64,000 nucleotides of DNA from Phaeosaccion multiseriatum. Its lineage: Eukaryota > Protista > Ochrophyta, other classes. The DNA lies in contig OZ218961.1 of the NCBI GenBank assembly GCA_965112735.1, positions 2,418,001 through 2,482,000 of the forward strand. The letters are read 5' to 3'. The position numbers were made by a program, and so were the translations under genes. Under the pieces are notes generated by a model that worked only from the letters and a program-made list of their open reading frames with translations, was not told where the DNA came from and ran no database searches. Positions 48,701 to 61,001 of this stretch are shown in pieces. Numbering within the stretch: the stretch's first letter is position 1; each line of letters starts with the position of its first letter.

Positions 48701-50071
48701 GTTGCACCAGCGCGGGCACGGCAGGGTGTGCGGCCGGGGCGAAGTGCAGCGTACCCAAGGTGAGAAGGTTTCCGAAGATCCATCCCGCGCTGCTTGCCGT
48801 CAGGGCGTACTCGTGAGCATACTGGCAAGAGGAGGAGACGAGGAGGGGGCAGGTGCGTGGGGGAGGGGGTGAGGAGAAGGAGGAGGAGAGTATGCATGGT
48901 TGTTTGCCTGTGTGTGTGTTCGTGTGTGTTTGTGTGTGGGTGTGTGTGTGTTTGTGTAGGTGTGTTGGTGTGTACATGAGAGAAAATCAGACGCAGTTGC
49001 CCTTCGTAACCAGCCGCCACCTCCTTTCTCCATGCACTGCTGCGGGCACTCACGCACACATCCACGCAATCACGCACACACGCACTTACGCACACACGCA
49101 CTCACGCACACATGCAATCACGCACACACGCACTCACACACACACGCACTCACACACACACGCACACACGCACCCACGCACCCACGCACACATGCAATCA
49201 TGCACACACGCTCTCACGTACACATGCAATCATGCACACACGCACTCACGCACTCACGCACTCACGCACTCACGCACTCACGCACACACGCACTCACGCA
49301 CTCACGCTGTCAATGTTCTCCGAGAGGCTGCGACTGAGGCCGATGAACTGGTCCAGCGTGGGCACCGGGAACGGTCCCTGTTCGGTAGGCATTCGCAGGT
49401 ATACAGGCATGTATTGAGGCCGGGGGTGGCACATGCACATCAGAGGCATGAACAAAAGGCACATCAACGCATCAACACATCAACACATCAGACAGTCAGA
49501 CACATCAATACAGGCAGTCAGATGGGTGGTGACGAGGGTCGATCAATGAGTCAATGGTCGGTGCCCAAAGCACCAGAGCAAAGGCGCCAATAAGCAAACG
49601 CGTGGGTAGGTAAGTGAATTAAGTAAGATGAAGTAAGCTGAAGAAAGTGAATTAAGTAAGCTGAAGATCCAATACCTTGAGAGCGTGGGTAATGAAGTCA
49701 GCAAAGTCCTCTGCCTGGTCCCTGCTGTAACCGCCAAAACCGCGTTGGCCCAAATCTCCAAGGCTGCCAGGGAGGGAGATGTCGACGGTGGCGTGCGTCT
49801 GGGGGGGAAGGGTGGAGGGAGAGACGGAGAGGCGGAGAAGCGGAGGGAGGGAGGGAGGGAGAGAGGGGGAGAGAGAGAGAGAAGAGAGGGAGGGAGGGAG
49901 GGAGGGAGGGAGGGAGGGAGGGAGGGAGGAAGAGGGGGGGAGAGGGAGAGGAGGAGACAGGGAGACAGGGAGGGAGGGAGGGAGAGAGAGATAAGGAGAG
50001 AGGGTTCAAAAGAAAGGGGCGTGACAGTTCTTAGAAGGCAGAGGGTGTTGGTGTTTTTTGATTGAGAGTGT

Positions 50072-50110
<39 letters not shown>

Positions 50111-51024
50111 GGCGTCTCTGGGGGGGACGGGAGGGGAGAGGCGAGCGACTGCAGGAATACGGGCAGTGGGTGGGGGATTGGTCATGCTTGCTTTCGGTTC
50201 TATACTATATGTCGACACACCTTCGCGGCAATGTCGATGACTTTGGTGAGGCTGAAGCCGAGCACCTGCGGCGGTCACGAGGCCACAGCAAAGACTTGGG
50301 GGGTTAGGACAGAGGCACCCACCCTGCAAGAGCATGTTATGGTGTTTTGGTGGAGAGGGTTGAGTGTTTCAGTTTGGGCACCCCCCCCCTCCCTCCCTCG
50401 CTCCCTCCCTGGCATCATCGAGGGTGCCCAACCTCTGTCCCTCTATTGCCTCCCATCTATCGGCTACCCACCAAAACTCCCATGAGCAACAGAGGGGAGA
50501 GTAGCTCACACAGGGTGTCTCCCTTGGAGCGCCACTTTTCCTGAGGGATTATTATAATATATGTAGGACAGCAGGGCGGAGGAGGGGAAGGGAGGTGGGA
50601 AGAGGGGAGGAGAGGTGAGATGATGAGGGGAGAGGATTGAGATTGGGGTGGGCATGGAGAGGACAGGCGACGAGGGATGAGGAGAGGGAGGGTGTGAGGG
50701 GTGAAGGGGGAGGAGAGGGCAATGGAGATGGAGGTGGAAATGGAGAGGAGAGGACAAGAGAGAGAGGAAGGGAGGGGGATAGGAGAGGACAAGAGAGAGG
50801 ATGGAGGAGCATAAATGCATAGGGAGTGTTTTCGCTCTCGGGAGGAACCCCCCCCCCTGAAAATGGAGAAACTCGTCTCATACCCTGGCATGCTTTCGGA
50901 GCATGGCTCTGAGCTGCTGCTTGGCCAGTGCTCTCCCCGTCTTGAGCGGAGAGGCGGACTCCGAGTCGTACGCAAAGCCGTCGTCCTCCACATCATTAGC
51001 GTTCCTCCCGTCCTCCTGATGCAT
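31070..51024 (-). CDS. Full-size ABCA-subfamily transporter (TMD1-NBD1-TMD2-NBD2), >25 exons
   Basis: N-terminus [12 protein letters not shown]|[19 protein letters not shown]; [21 protein letters not shown]1: [62 protein letters not shown]. Second half: [13 protein letters not shown]2: [56 protein letters not shown] at 51024 has an in-frame stop upstream; last exon approximate. Confidence 0.93.
31275..31360. repeat. Intronic tandem repeat CATGCCTTGCTTGACA, ~4 imperfect copies
   Basis: Visible in the last ABCA intron. Confidence 0.7.
39518..39658. repeat. Intronic minisatellite GGGTGTCAGGA(C/T)AGAGG plus G-rich spacer, ~5 copies
   Basis: Visible tandem array in an ABCA intron. Confidence 0.75.
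44170..44290. repeat. Intronic 11-bp minisatellite (GT/AC)GGAATGCTT, ~10 imperfect copies
   Basis: Visible tandem array in an ABCA intron. Confidence 0.8.
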
Positions 51025-51976
51025 ACTTCCCTCCTCTCTTCTGGCCCTCGCCCCCCCCTTTCTCTTTACTTCTTCCAGATCACTGATCGGCTGATGGCCC
51101 TACCCCCATCGCGCAGCAGAGGGGGAGGACATGGAATCTTCTTTCCTCATCTTCTGAAGATCATTCTCAAGAACGCGGGAAGGGGAAGGATCGGCTTCGG
51201 TGCCAATAGCCCCGGGAATCTGGACTCCATAATAGGCCTGGCTACCAAGGCATTTAGGTTCCACGCTCTACAGAAGCATGTTCGTACGGAGGAGGGAGAG
51301 GTATTTGAAAGAGGGGGAGGGGAAGTCACGTTGAGACGTTCATTGACTTACAATTAGTGATCCCAGTGACCGTGGGCGCGTGCGTGGTGCCGCCCAGCCA
51401 GTGGCCAGTGGGTAGCAGCGCACCTGTAGGCCTGCACTCCTCGTAGGACCAGCAAGTCTACTCCCACTTCCAATCCCATGCAATACATTTTCTTAAAACT
51501 GACTACTCTTTGCACTCCCACCGTCCGCCAAGTTGGCGTCTGCCCTATAGGCCGCAGGCCTCCGGCCCGCCTACTAGGCCGCCTAGGCGGCGGCATATAA
51601 ATAGGCCGAGGGCCTACGGCTCTCGCTAGGCCGGGCAATTTTCCCAAAAAAGGCCTAGGCCGCTAGGCGTGCATGGGGCTGATCCCTCCTGCCGGCCTCA
51701 TATTACTATAGGTCCCCTCCTAGGTCGCCTCGAAGTTAACTCGCCGTGAGTGCGCGAGAGTACCTCTGGATGCCTTTGTCGATCTAATGCCACCCATCAC
51801 AGCTCACCGGCTGGCTGGCAGGCTGGCAGTCTTCGCAGTACTGAAACAGGCAGGGGGGGGTTAGAAAGAGGCCGAAGCCTCCTCACGCTATATGGCCCGT
51901 TCTGGCTGCTGGGCCAGACAATTCTCCAGAATAGGACTAGGCCGCTAGGTGTGTCTGGAGTCCATCGTTTCTGTCT

Positions 51977-52013
<37 letters not shown>

Positions 52014-53026
52014 GACAACTCATCCAACTCCCCTCCCTCGAGAGGCCTGGCGTCGCCCTGCCTTCGCCTCTCAGCCTCCCTCTACTTCCTACAAGAGAGT
52101 ACACTCCCCCGTAAAGAGCAGCGTCGAAGACCAAAGCAGCACACGCAGCAGAGAGATCCTCCTCAACCTCCCTCCTCCTCCTCCTCCTCCCTCCTTCTCG
52201 TCGGGGTACAACTTTAATAGTTCAGGCCCATCAATCGAAAGGTACACGTACACTCGTTAGTGAGTTTCGACAAGGTTGGATGTTGGCTCTCACTCTCTTC
52301 TCCTTCCATTCTTCTTTCCAAATACTACGGCAAAATCCCAAATTCCCTTCCCGATAATCCCTTGTTCCCAGCCCAAGTTGCCCTTCGCTCACCACCTTTA
52401 ATTAACCCACAAAACCCCACATGTGCGTCCACAACCATCTGCGACGAAGGGTGCCTGGACCCATCGGCGGAGATGCGGGGAGATACTGTATGTATGCCCC
52501 CGACTTCTGTTCTTCGAACAGAAGCCTATTTTTACCCTTTGGGGTGCACGCGCCAGCAAGCTGAAACGCAAACACGCGCCCACCCCGTGGCCCCAGGGGG
52601 GTCGTCCCCGGGGGAAAATCGTAAGACCTCGTTTGACAAAGCTTTCAATAGAGAGTGAGGGATAAAGAAGACAAGAGAGGACTACCAGGAGGGTAAGAGG
52701 GAGAGAGGCTTTCCTTCCTTCCCTCGCCCACCGCTTTGCGCGCTCCAGCTGTGTTTGAGGCGGCCGGAAAGTTGCGCAGAGCGGGGCAAGGAGGGAGGAG
52801 CAGGAACATCCCGACTGGCACCGTAAGGTGGAGAAAAGGAGAGGTGGAGCCACTGCGGGGCTGGAGAAGGACGTAGGCTGAGTTTATTGAGGCTCGAGTG
52901 AACTGAGGGGCAGGTGCTTGAGTGGCGGGACCGCGGATTGTGTCTGCAGAGGAACTGCCTTTCGCGCCCCTTCGTCTCATTCTCTGGTGCCAACCGCACC
53001 AGGGGAGAGAGTAGGGGGGGGCGACC

Positions 53027-54486
53027 ATGATGGGGGGGGGCGTGACCGGGGGTGTAGTCGGTGGCGACACCCCTCAGCAGCCTCCACAGTACAGCAGTAA
53101 TGACCTGGGCTTTCAGTTGGCCAACGAGGACAGGGGGGTCAAGGTTCAACAAATTGCATCCTTCCTGGGTCAGCTGGAGGGGAAGCGGGAGGACGACAAC
53201 AAACTCATTCAGCTGGCCCACAAGTTCGAGCAGCAGATCTTCCAGGTGGCTCAGAACTTTAACGACTACAACACGCGTATCAATGTCAAGCTGAGCAAGG
53301 TTGCCAAGGTGCGGACCCGGCAGAAGGAGGACTTCAGACAGCAGCTGGGCAGCGGGTCGGCTGGGGGGGCGGGTGGCCTCAATAAAATGTCCTCCACAGC
53401 CGCTTTGGCACACCAGCAGCAGCAGCAGGTGGCGCGCCAACAGCAGCAGATGCAGCAGATGCAGCAGCAGCAGCAGCAACACCGCCAACAGCAACAGCAG
53501 CAACAGCAACAGCATCACCAACACCGCCATCAGCACCAGCACCAGCACCACCTTCAGGCCCAACCCAACTACGACAACTTGACGGATGCAGAGAGGAGCG
53601 CAATGGTGGAGAGATTCAGATTGCGCTTCGAGAGCGATATTCGCTACTTCATCAAGCAGGTGAGTTGAGGCGGTGTGTTTGTGTGAATGGCCTGGAAGAC
53701 AGGGAGGTTGATTCGACTATGCCCGTAGAGTACTGCGTAGAAAAGAGAGAATGGGGGGGGGGGTGAGCGGGTCGTGACCGAAAACGGCGGTTCGAGGCTG
53801 GAGTAGTTGGGGGGGGGGGGGGGGGCATTTCCAACCTGCTGTTTGTGCCTCGTCCTCTCTGACCGCTGACACGTGTGTTGCTATTTACGTAATACGATTT
53901 CGCGGAGGGGGGTATGTGTTCTGTGCCCGGACGATCTGGCAGAATTCTGTCATTTGTTCCGTGGCATGTTTGGTTTCCCAGGCTCATGCGCTCCCTCGCC
54001 TTGTTTCCGCCGTTTCTTCCCATTGGCGATTGTGTTTCTTCTCCTCCCAGGGTGCGACCCTCCTGCAGAAACTAAAAAAGACGGAATCAAGTGCCCAGAA
54101 TTTGAATCAGGTATGGTCAGGGGGAGAAGAGGGGTGGGGAGCAGCTGGGGCGGGGGGGAACGGACGTGCTGTGGTTGTGGTTGCCCCATTTATTATTCAT
54201 TTAATTATGGTAAGCATTCGTCTAACTCGGGCTCTTTTCTTTTCCTCTTCCCCCCCCCCCCCATCCACGGATGAATTTTATTATCGTGTGGAATTATTTT
54301 TCCTTCGCAGGTGAAGAAGCTGGTTCAGTACGTGCGCGAGGGCCACAACGCCCTCACGTATATGAGTCGGTGTCACGCCGGGCACGTGCCATCCGCACCT
54401 TCGCTCCTTTCCCTGGAGCAGACGCTTCAAAAGGTGGACAAGGCCAGCAAAGCGCTACAGAAGATGATCGAGATGTGGAGTCCGGG

Positions 54487-54519
<33 letters not shown>

Positions 54520-54667
54520 TGGAGGAGGAGGGGGAGGGAACGTGCAGTACGTGGATGGGGCACCGGGCTCATCATCATCCTCGTCTTCATCTTCTTCCTC
54601 CAGGCATGTGCTCCAGCAGGGGCACCAGGGGCACCCGCAGCAGCACCAACCGCAGCGGCGCCATTCC

Positions 54668-54711
<44 letters not shown>

Positions 54712-55911
54712 CTACGGGGTTCCTGGCGACGGAAGTGTCAATGTGAATGGGGGCAGGGGGGGCAGTGGCAGATCAGATCCAAACGGCAGTCCTGTGTATT
54801 CGTACTCGTCTTCACAGCAGCAGCAGCAGCACCAGCAGCAGCAGCAGCAGCTCCAACAGCACAAGTATCAGCTCCAACAGCAGGCTCCCCAGACGCAGCT
54901 TCAACACGACAACAACGGGTGGGCCGCTTCGTCGCAGTCGATGGATCTGGCCGATTTGGACGTTGACCCCATTCCCTTGCCCACCAACCATAGTCTCGCT
55001 CGGCAGCAGCAACAACAGCAACAACAGCAGCAGCAGCAGCAGCAGCAGCTTCAGCAGCAGCAGCAGCAGCAGCAGCAGTTTTTGATACAGCAGCAGCGGT
55101 TGCAGCAGCAGCATGGCGCTCAACAGAGCCGTTCGTCTTCTGCCCAACCGCCACCACTTCTTCAACCGCCACCACACCAACACCCGGACGCTCTCGCGGC
55201 AGGCGGAGGGCCCGGAACGCAGGAGAGTTTCACTGACATGCTGACCTCAGCCCCATCCACCCCGGCGGGGGGGGGACCTATGCTAGACCGGACGGATAGC
55301 GCTGTCGACTCGACTGCCTTCCCGTGGTCGGATCCGGTAGACGATCTGTTGGCGGACTCTCTGGACGCCTCCATCGACCCGATTCCCATCGCTTTGGATG
55401 ACAATATGCAATACCTGGGGGGGCATTCGTCGTCTTCCTCCTCCCTACCCATGGCATCCTTGAGCGCAACGTTGAGCACTTCCAGCACAGCGAGCATGAA
55501 CGTTGGCATCAACTCGGCAGGCTCCGTGCACCCTCTTCAGGCTCCTGTCTCGGGAGGGGACGGTGGAGGCGGCGGCGGAGGAGTCGTTGGAGTGGGTGGG
55601 GTAGGTGGTGGAGGTGGCGCGGCGGGGTCTTGGTTGCCGCAGCAGCCACCACAGCAGGATCTACCCTCCTCGACTTCGACCTCGAGTGTGCGACCCTCCT
55701 TCCACGGCAGAGACGTGTCCGACATGAACTTTGACTTTGATATGGAACCCCTCCCACTGGACGACGAGCAGTGGACCAATCCGTCTCCATTGCCTTATGG
55801 TCGAACGGCGTCGGACGTTGCTGAATCAGCGGCCGGCCCCGTGGGAGTGGGAGGAGAGGCGACACAGCCACAGTATGTGCAACAACAACAACAACAACAA
55901 CAACAACAGCA

Positions 55912-55945
<34 letters not shown>

Positions 55946-56473
55946 GGGGGGTCAGCAGCACCGCTTCTTCCGGTAGAGGCAGCGCCATCGGGGAACGGCG
56001 TTCTTAGTGATGGCGAGACTCCGCTCCTGGGGCAGCCCGCGTCTGAGCAGCAGCAGCCCCTCCTGGGCGGCGCACCCGAGCAGGCCGAGCAGGGAGGGCA
56101 GCAGCAGGGAGGCCAACAGCAGCAGCAGCAGCAGGAGCAGCCTGAAAAGGCGGGGACCTCTGAGAATGCATCAGTGAAACTGGAGCAAGGCAAAGACCAG
56201 TCGCCACAGCAGCAGCAGCAACCGAAGCTGGAGGAGCAGCAGGAGGAGGGGGAAGGGAAGGGACAGGGGCAGGATGTAAAGCCCGAAGCAGCGCTTGACG
56301 GTCCACCATCGTCATCGTCGTCCTCAGACGATTCTCTGAAGGCGGAACTTTTGAAGAGTGCGGAGCAGGGGGAAGGTGAGGGGGCTGTGGTTAAGGCGAA
56401 GGCTTTGGAGCTGACGCAGCCCCTTCTGGATGGCGCCGCCACTCTTAATGGTGCCACCACCACCGACACCACC

Positions 56474-56512
<39 letters not shown>

Positions 56513-57925
56513 CAACAACAGCAACAACAGCAACAACAGCAGCAACAGCAGGTCCTTCCCGATCTCTCCGGCAACGTGGCAAAGACGCTCCTTACGGCAT
56601 ATAAGCACCTCTTGCAAGAGTCGTCGGGAAGCCAAGGGGCCGTGCAGTCGCTGCTGGGCTCGGCAACGGACGTCCTCGGTATCGAGGCGATGGACAAGGC
56701 GGCAGCAGCAGCCCCCAGCAGCGGCGAGGCGGTTGCCTTTGGGGGTCCCAAAGAGGCGCTTGCGGTGGCTGGCAACTTGCGGCAGAACGTTAACGGCATG
56801 ATTGTCCTGATGCTCCGAGGACTGGGGGACGATGGCGCGGCGGGGGCGGAGGTTGGAGCGGGTGGGAAGGGTGATGGAGGGGGGGCAACTGCTGCCAAGA
56901 GACCGCGTGAAGGGTCGCAAGGCGACGAGAGGGATAACGATTCGGACGGTGCAAAGAGGAGAAGATTGACGAAGGAGAAGGGGAGTGCAGCCGAGGGCGA
57001 GGCGGCCGCTGCGGCAGTGGCGCTACGCCGTCGCCTTCAAGTGATTGAACAAGGCTTGTCCCATGTTCGTGGGGCCACGTCTGTGGAGCAACATAGTGGC
57101 GCCGTTGTCGCTGGGCGGGAGGCTGCGGCGGCCAATAGCGCCGCTCCCCGTCCCATTGAGGCACACGCAAGCATCCTGCCCCTATCCTCCGTCTTTGTCA
57201 GCGCGGAGGAGTTCGAGAAGGTGGTTGATGGCGAGCAGGGAGGGGCGGGGGGTGGGGGTGGGGTTGTTTTGACTGCGGATAGTCTCAAGGAGGCTCTCCG
57301 GGGGTTACCATTTGCGTCGCCATTCGAATTCGAAGTGGCAGAGGTATGCAGTGGCGGTGGCAGTGGCACTGGTAGTGGCAATGACACAGAGGGGGGGGAG
57401 CAAGGAGGAGGAGGAGGAGGAGGAGGAGGAGGAGGAGGAGCACGCACAATGGTTGTGATGGGTGCACTCCACGGGTTCTTCCGCACGTGGCTGCAGCTCC
57501 GCTTTACAAAGGAGGTCCAGAAGAAGGAGGAAGGTGACGCTAGTGACGGCGATGCTGGCAGTGGCTCCTTCCGTATGCGAGCAAGGGTTGGGGACTTCTC
57601 AGTACTGTCTCACAACGAGGATCCCAAGAGCCTCAAGGAGTCATGGCTGGGCGGTGGTGGTACAGCAGCAGCAGAAGGAGGAACGGGAGGGGAAGCAGGA
57701 GGGGAAGCAGGGGCGGGGGCAGGAGGGGTAAGCACGAGCGCCTCTCCCACCCCCGGCAGCAGCCCCTCCTCTTCCTTCATGGAGGAGGTTACGGGCGGGG
57801 GCTCGTGGCCCAAGAGCTCTATGCAGGTGAGCGGTGAGGGGGAGGCGGGTGGGGGCGACGGGTGGGGGCGACGGCCGTATGCCGAAGATGGACATTGGAC
57901 GCGAGTTGTTTCTAGTGTCGCGCTC

Positions 57926-57976
<51 letters not shown>

Positions 57977-57992
57977 CTCCTTCCCTCCCTCC

Positions 57993-58029
<37 letters not shown>

Positions 58030-58505
58030 TTCCCTCCCTCTCCCTCTCTCCCTCTTTCTCTCTCCCTCCCTCTTGCTTCACCCGCCCCCCAAGGTGTACC
58101 AACGTGTGAGTGCTCACGCAATCCAAGTCTTACACAACCACATGGACCAGGCGGGAGGAGATGCTCCAAAGGCCTTGGCCATGTTCTTCCAGTGGATGGC
58201 CAACTACAAACACTTGTTCAAAGACCCCTGCTCCATCAGCAGCAAGCAGCTCAGGTGAGGAAAGAGGGGGGGCGGGGATGTACAAGTGTGTATAGTGGTG
58301 TGTGTGTTTGGGTCATATCTTCTTGGGATTGACCTTGTGCTGCTGCCCCCCTCCCCCCTCTGATCTAATCCTTGCTTTCCGCTCCTCGTGTGTCACACGC
58401 AGCCTGGAGCCGTCTTCGGCAAACCCTGTGCCTCCGTTTGTGCGCGGCAACACTGGGGAGGCTCTGTTTCCGGCTTCTGTTGCCGACGACACTTCTGTCT
58501 GCTGA
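53027..58505 (+). CDS. Mediator-related protein: N-terminal Med15-type KIX domain, long poly-Q/acidic linker, C-terminal Med27-like domain
   Basis: Exons 53027-53659, 54311-57826, 58094-58254, 58403-58505, all GT-AG and phase-compatible. KLIQLAHKFEQQIFQVAQNFNDYNTRINVKL resembles plant-type Med15 KIX. SWPKSSMQVYQRVSAHA...FFQWMANYKHLFKDPC...L...PVPPFVR resembles Med27. Both recognised by eye. Confidence 0.72.
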
Positions 58506-58919
58506 GGAGGAAGGGAGGGGGGGGGGGGGAGTGTCAGTAGGCATTACAATCTCAATCTACCTCACGTAGTACGTACATAGTTTGAAATTTTTGGGTAGGG
58601 GTAGCGGGGTGAGGAACGAAGGGGACGTCTTCCCGATTTTCGTCTTGCACTCGTTTGTTAATTTATTAAAGGTGAACACAAGGAGAGAAGAGGAAAGTTG
58701 TGAGGGGAAGTTTGTAGTTTTTAGATTATAGTTACGACCACATCATTATCATCATACATCATCATTACATACGTCGCATCGTAGAAAGAGAGAGCCAAGG
58801 CTTTAACAAAAAAAAAATGAGGATGGACCGCGCCGCGGCTCTCTTCTTGGCACGTTGGCTCTGTATCTTGTTCACAGTTGGCAACTTCACACTTCCTCTT
58901 TCCACTTTGTGTATTTGCT

Positions 58920-60537
58920 ATGGCGTCTCCGTCCTTGTCCTTGGGTCGTGCGCTTCGCACCTTCTCCTCCTCCCCTCGAACTCTCGCCGGGGGGGCTTCC
59001 CTGCAACGCTCTCCACCCACGGAGGCAACAGGAGATTTACGAGGGAGGCATTTGCGGCCGAGAGTAAGAGAGAGGGCGCAGATGGCAGGCACTGTAGCAC
59101 GGTTCAGCAACAGTATCATCAGCCGAAGCAGCGGTAGAAGTGCTGCCTTCCATAGTGGGATCTGGACTGATGGTCGGAGGCAGGGTCTGGCTGGCAGAGG
59201 TCCTGTTAGGGGTCACAGCAGCAGCAAACGGAGGACCAGCCTCATCGATGGTGTGTTGAATAGCAATGGAGGGAGGCGAGGTAGTTTAGAGGGGGGTGGA
59301 AGACGGCAATTTCGAGGAGGGGAGGCGCCCCGCCTTCTGGGCATATGTCGATGCATGTCCTCGGACACGCCGTCGATGCTCGTCTTTAACCGAGCGGCCA
59401 AGATGCTGCACCGAGACAGGGCCGCTCTGCGTGCAGACTTGGAGGACTTCCAGTTGAGTGGTGTGCTTTATTTGTGCATTGTTTTTGCCCTTGTTGGTGG
59501 GCCTTTGAGCGAAGCAATCCTCCACTGCGTACCACCTCACCACCCCGGATGCACAACGCACTCACTCATGCACACCACATCAATCGCTTTCACTGACCCA
59601 AGTGTGTGTGTGAACAACACCCTCTCCTGCTGCCCCCACTCCTACCAACGAATGGTAGCTACGTTCACGACCATGTGGCGCGCGTGCTCGTGGATCGAAT
59701 CGAAGACATTACACGCCCCTTTCCGGCGGCCTTGGACCTTGGGTGTAGAAGCGGTATTTTGCGCAGGTTGGCCTTGGCAGAGAGGAGTAGAGAGGAATGA
59801 GGAGACATGGAGAGGAGAGAGGGAACGAACGATAGGGGGGGAGGAAGTGTACGGAGAGGGGGAAAGGGGGCAAGGGAGAGGGAGGGAGGGAGGGAGGGAG
59901 GGAGGGAGGGAGGGAGGGAGGGAGGGAGGGAGGGAGCATTGTGCCTCACTTTCGAAGGGATACTCTCGGTCCCTCCCAGAGTGACTGACCCCCCCCCTAC
60001 CGTTCCTTCTCCCCGCACGCCGCGCTTTCGTTGTTCCGCTTCGGTCGCCGTCTTCTACTGCCGTTTGCTACCATTCATCACCCCCACTTCCTCTTACAAA
60101 GGCTCATCTGCCAGCAGAGGGGCCTGGGAGGAGAGGGCGGCGTGGGGGGCATTACAAGTCTCGTCGAGGTGGATTTCTCCAAAGGTACAATACGCTACAC
60201 GATCACGCGCCTACACCCTACACCTCCCCTCTCCTTCCCCCCAGACCCATCCTGAACTGTGCGAATTAGTCACAACTGCCTGCGTATGTACCACCAAACC
60301 GCAGAGATGCTGCTGCGAAGTGCCTCGGAGTGGGCCAAGGCTGCCCCGTCCAGTGCCACCTCCGTGGAGACGCTCAGCGTGCAGGCGGACGAAGAGTTTC
60401 TCCCCTTCCGGCCCGAGAGGTGAGTGAGCAATTGGTCTGTCTCCCCATGTATCTCTCTCTCTCTCCCGGTGTCTCTCTCTCTCTCTCTCTCTCCCTCTCT
60501 CTCTCTCTCTGTCTGTCTCTCTGTCTCTCTCTCTCTG

Positions 60538-60586
<49 letters not shown>

Positions 60587-60934
60587 TCTTTATCTTTGTC
60601 GTTCTCTCTCTCGATCTCTCCCTCTTTCTGTCTGTGGGGGTGTGTAAGTGTGTAAGTGTGTGAGTGTGTGAGTGTGTGTGTTCACTCGCGCTACCCTCTG
60701 TGTGCTCCCCCGCAGCTTCGATCTGGTGCTGAGCAATCTAAGCCTCCAATGGGTAAACGACCTTCCTCAGGCACTGAAGCAAGTACAGGAGGTGAGGCAA
60801 TCTCGATCTCGATCTCGATATGTGATATCGATATGGATCTCGATATGCGCCTCATCTCCTCTTCCTCCCACCCTTTTATTGCCTTTCTTCTCCGCGTCTC
60901 CCCCTCTCGCTCCCACCGCCACACCCCCTTCACC

Positions 60935-61001
<67 letters not shown>

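Noticed and set aside
60798-60848. ATCTCG/GATATC quasi-palindromic run in an NDUFAF5 intron
   Set aside because: Short hexamer slippage repeat with no other support.
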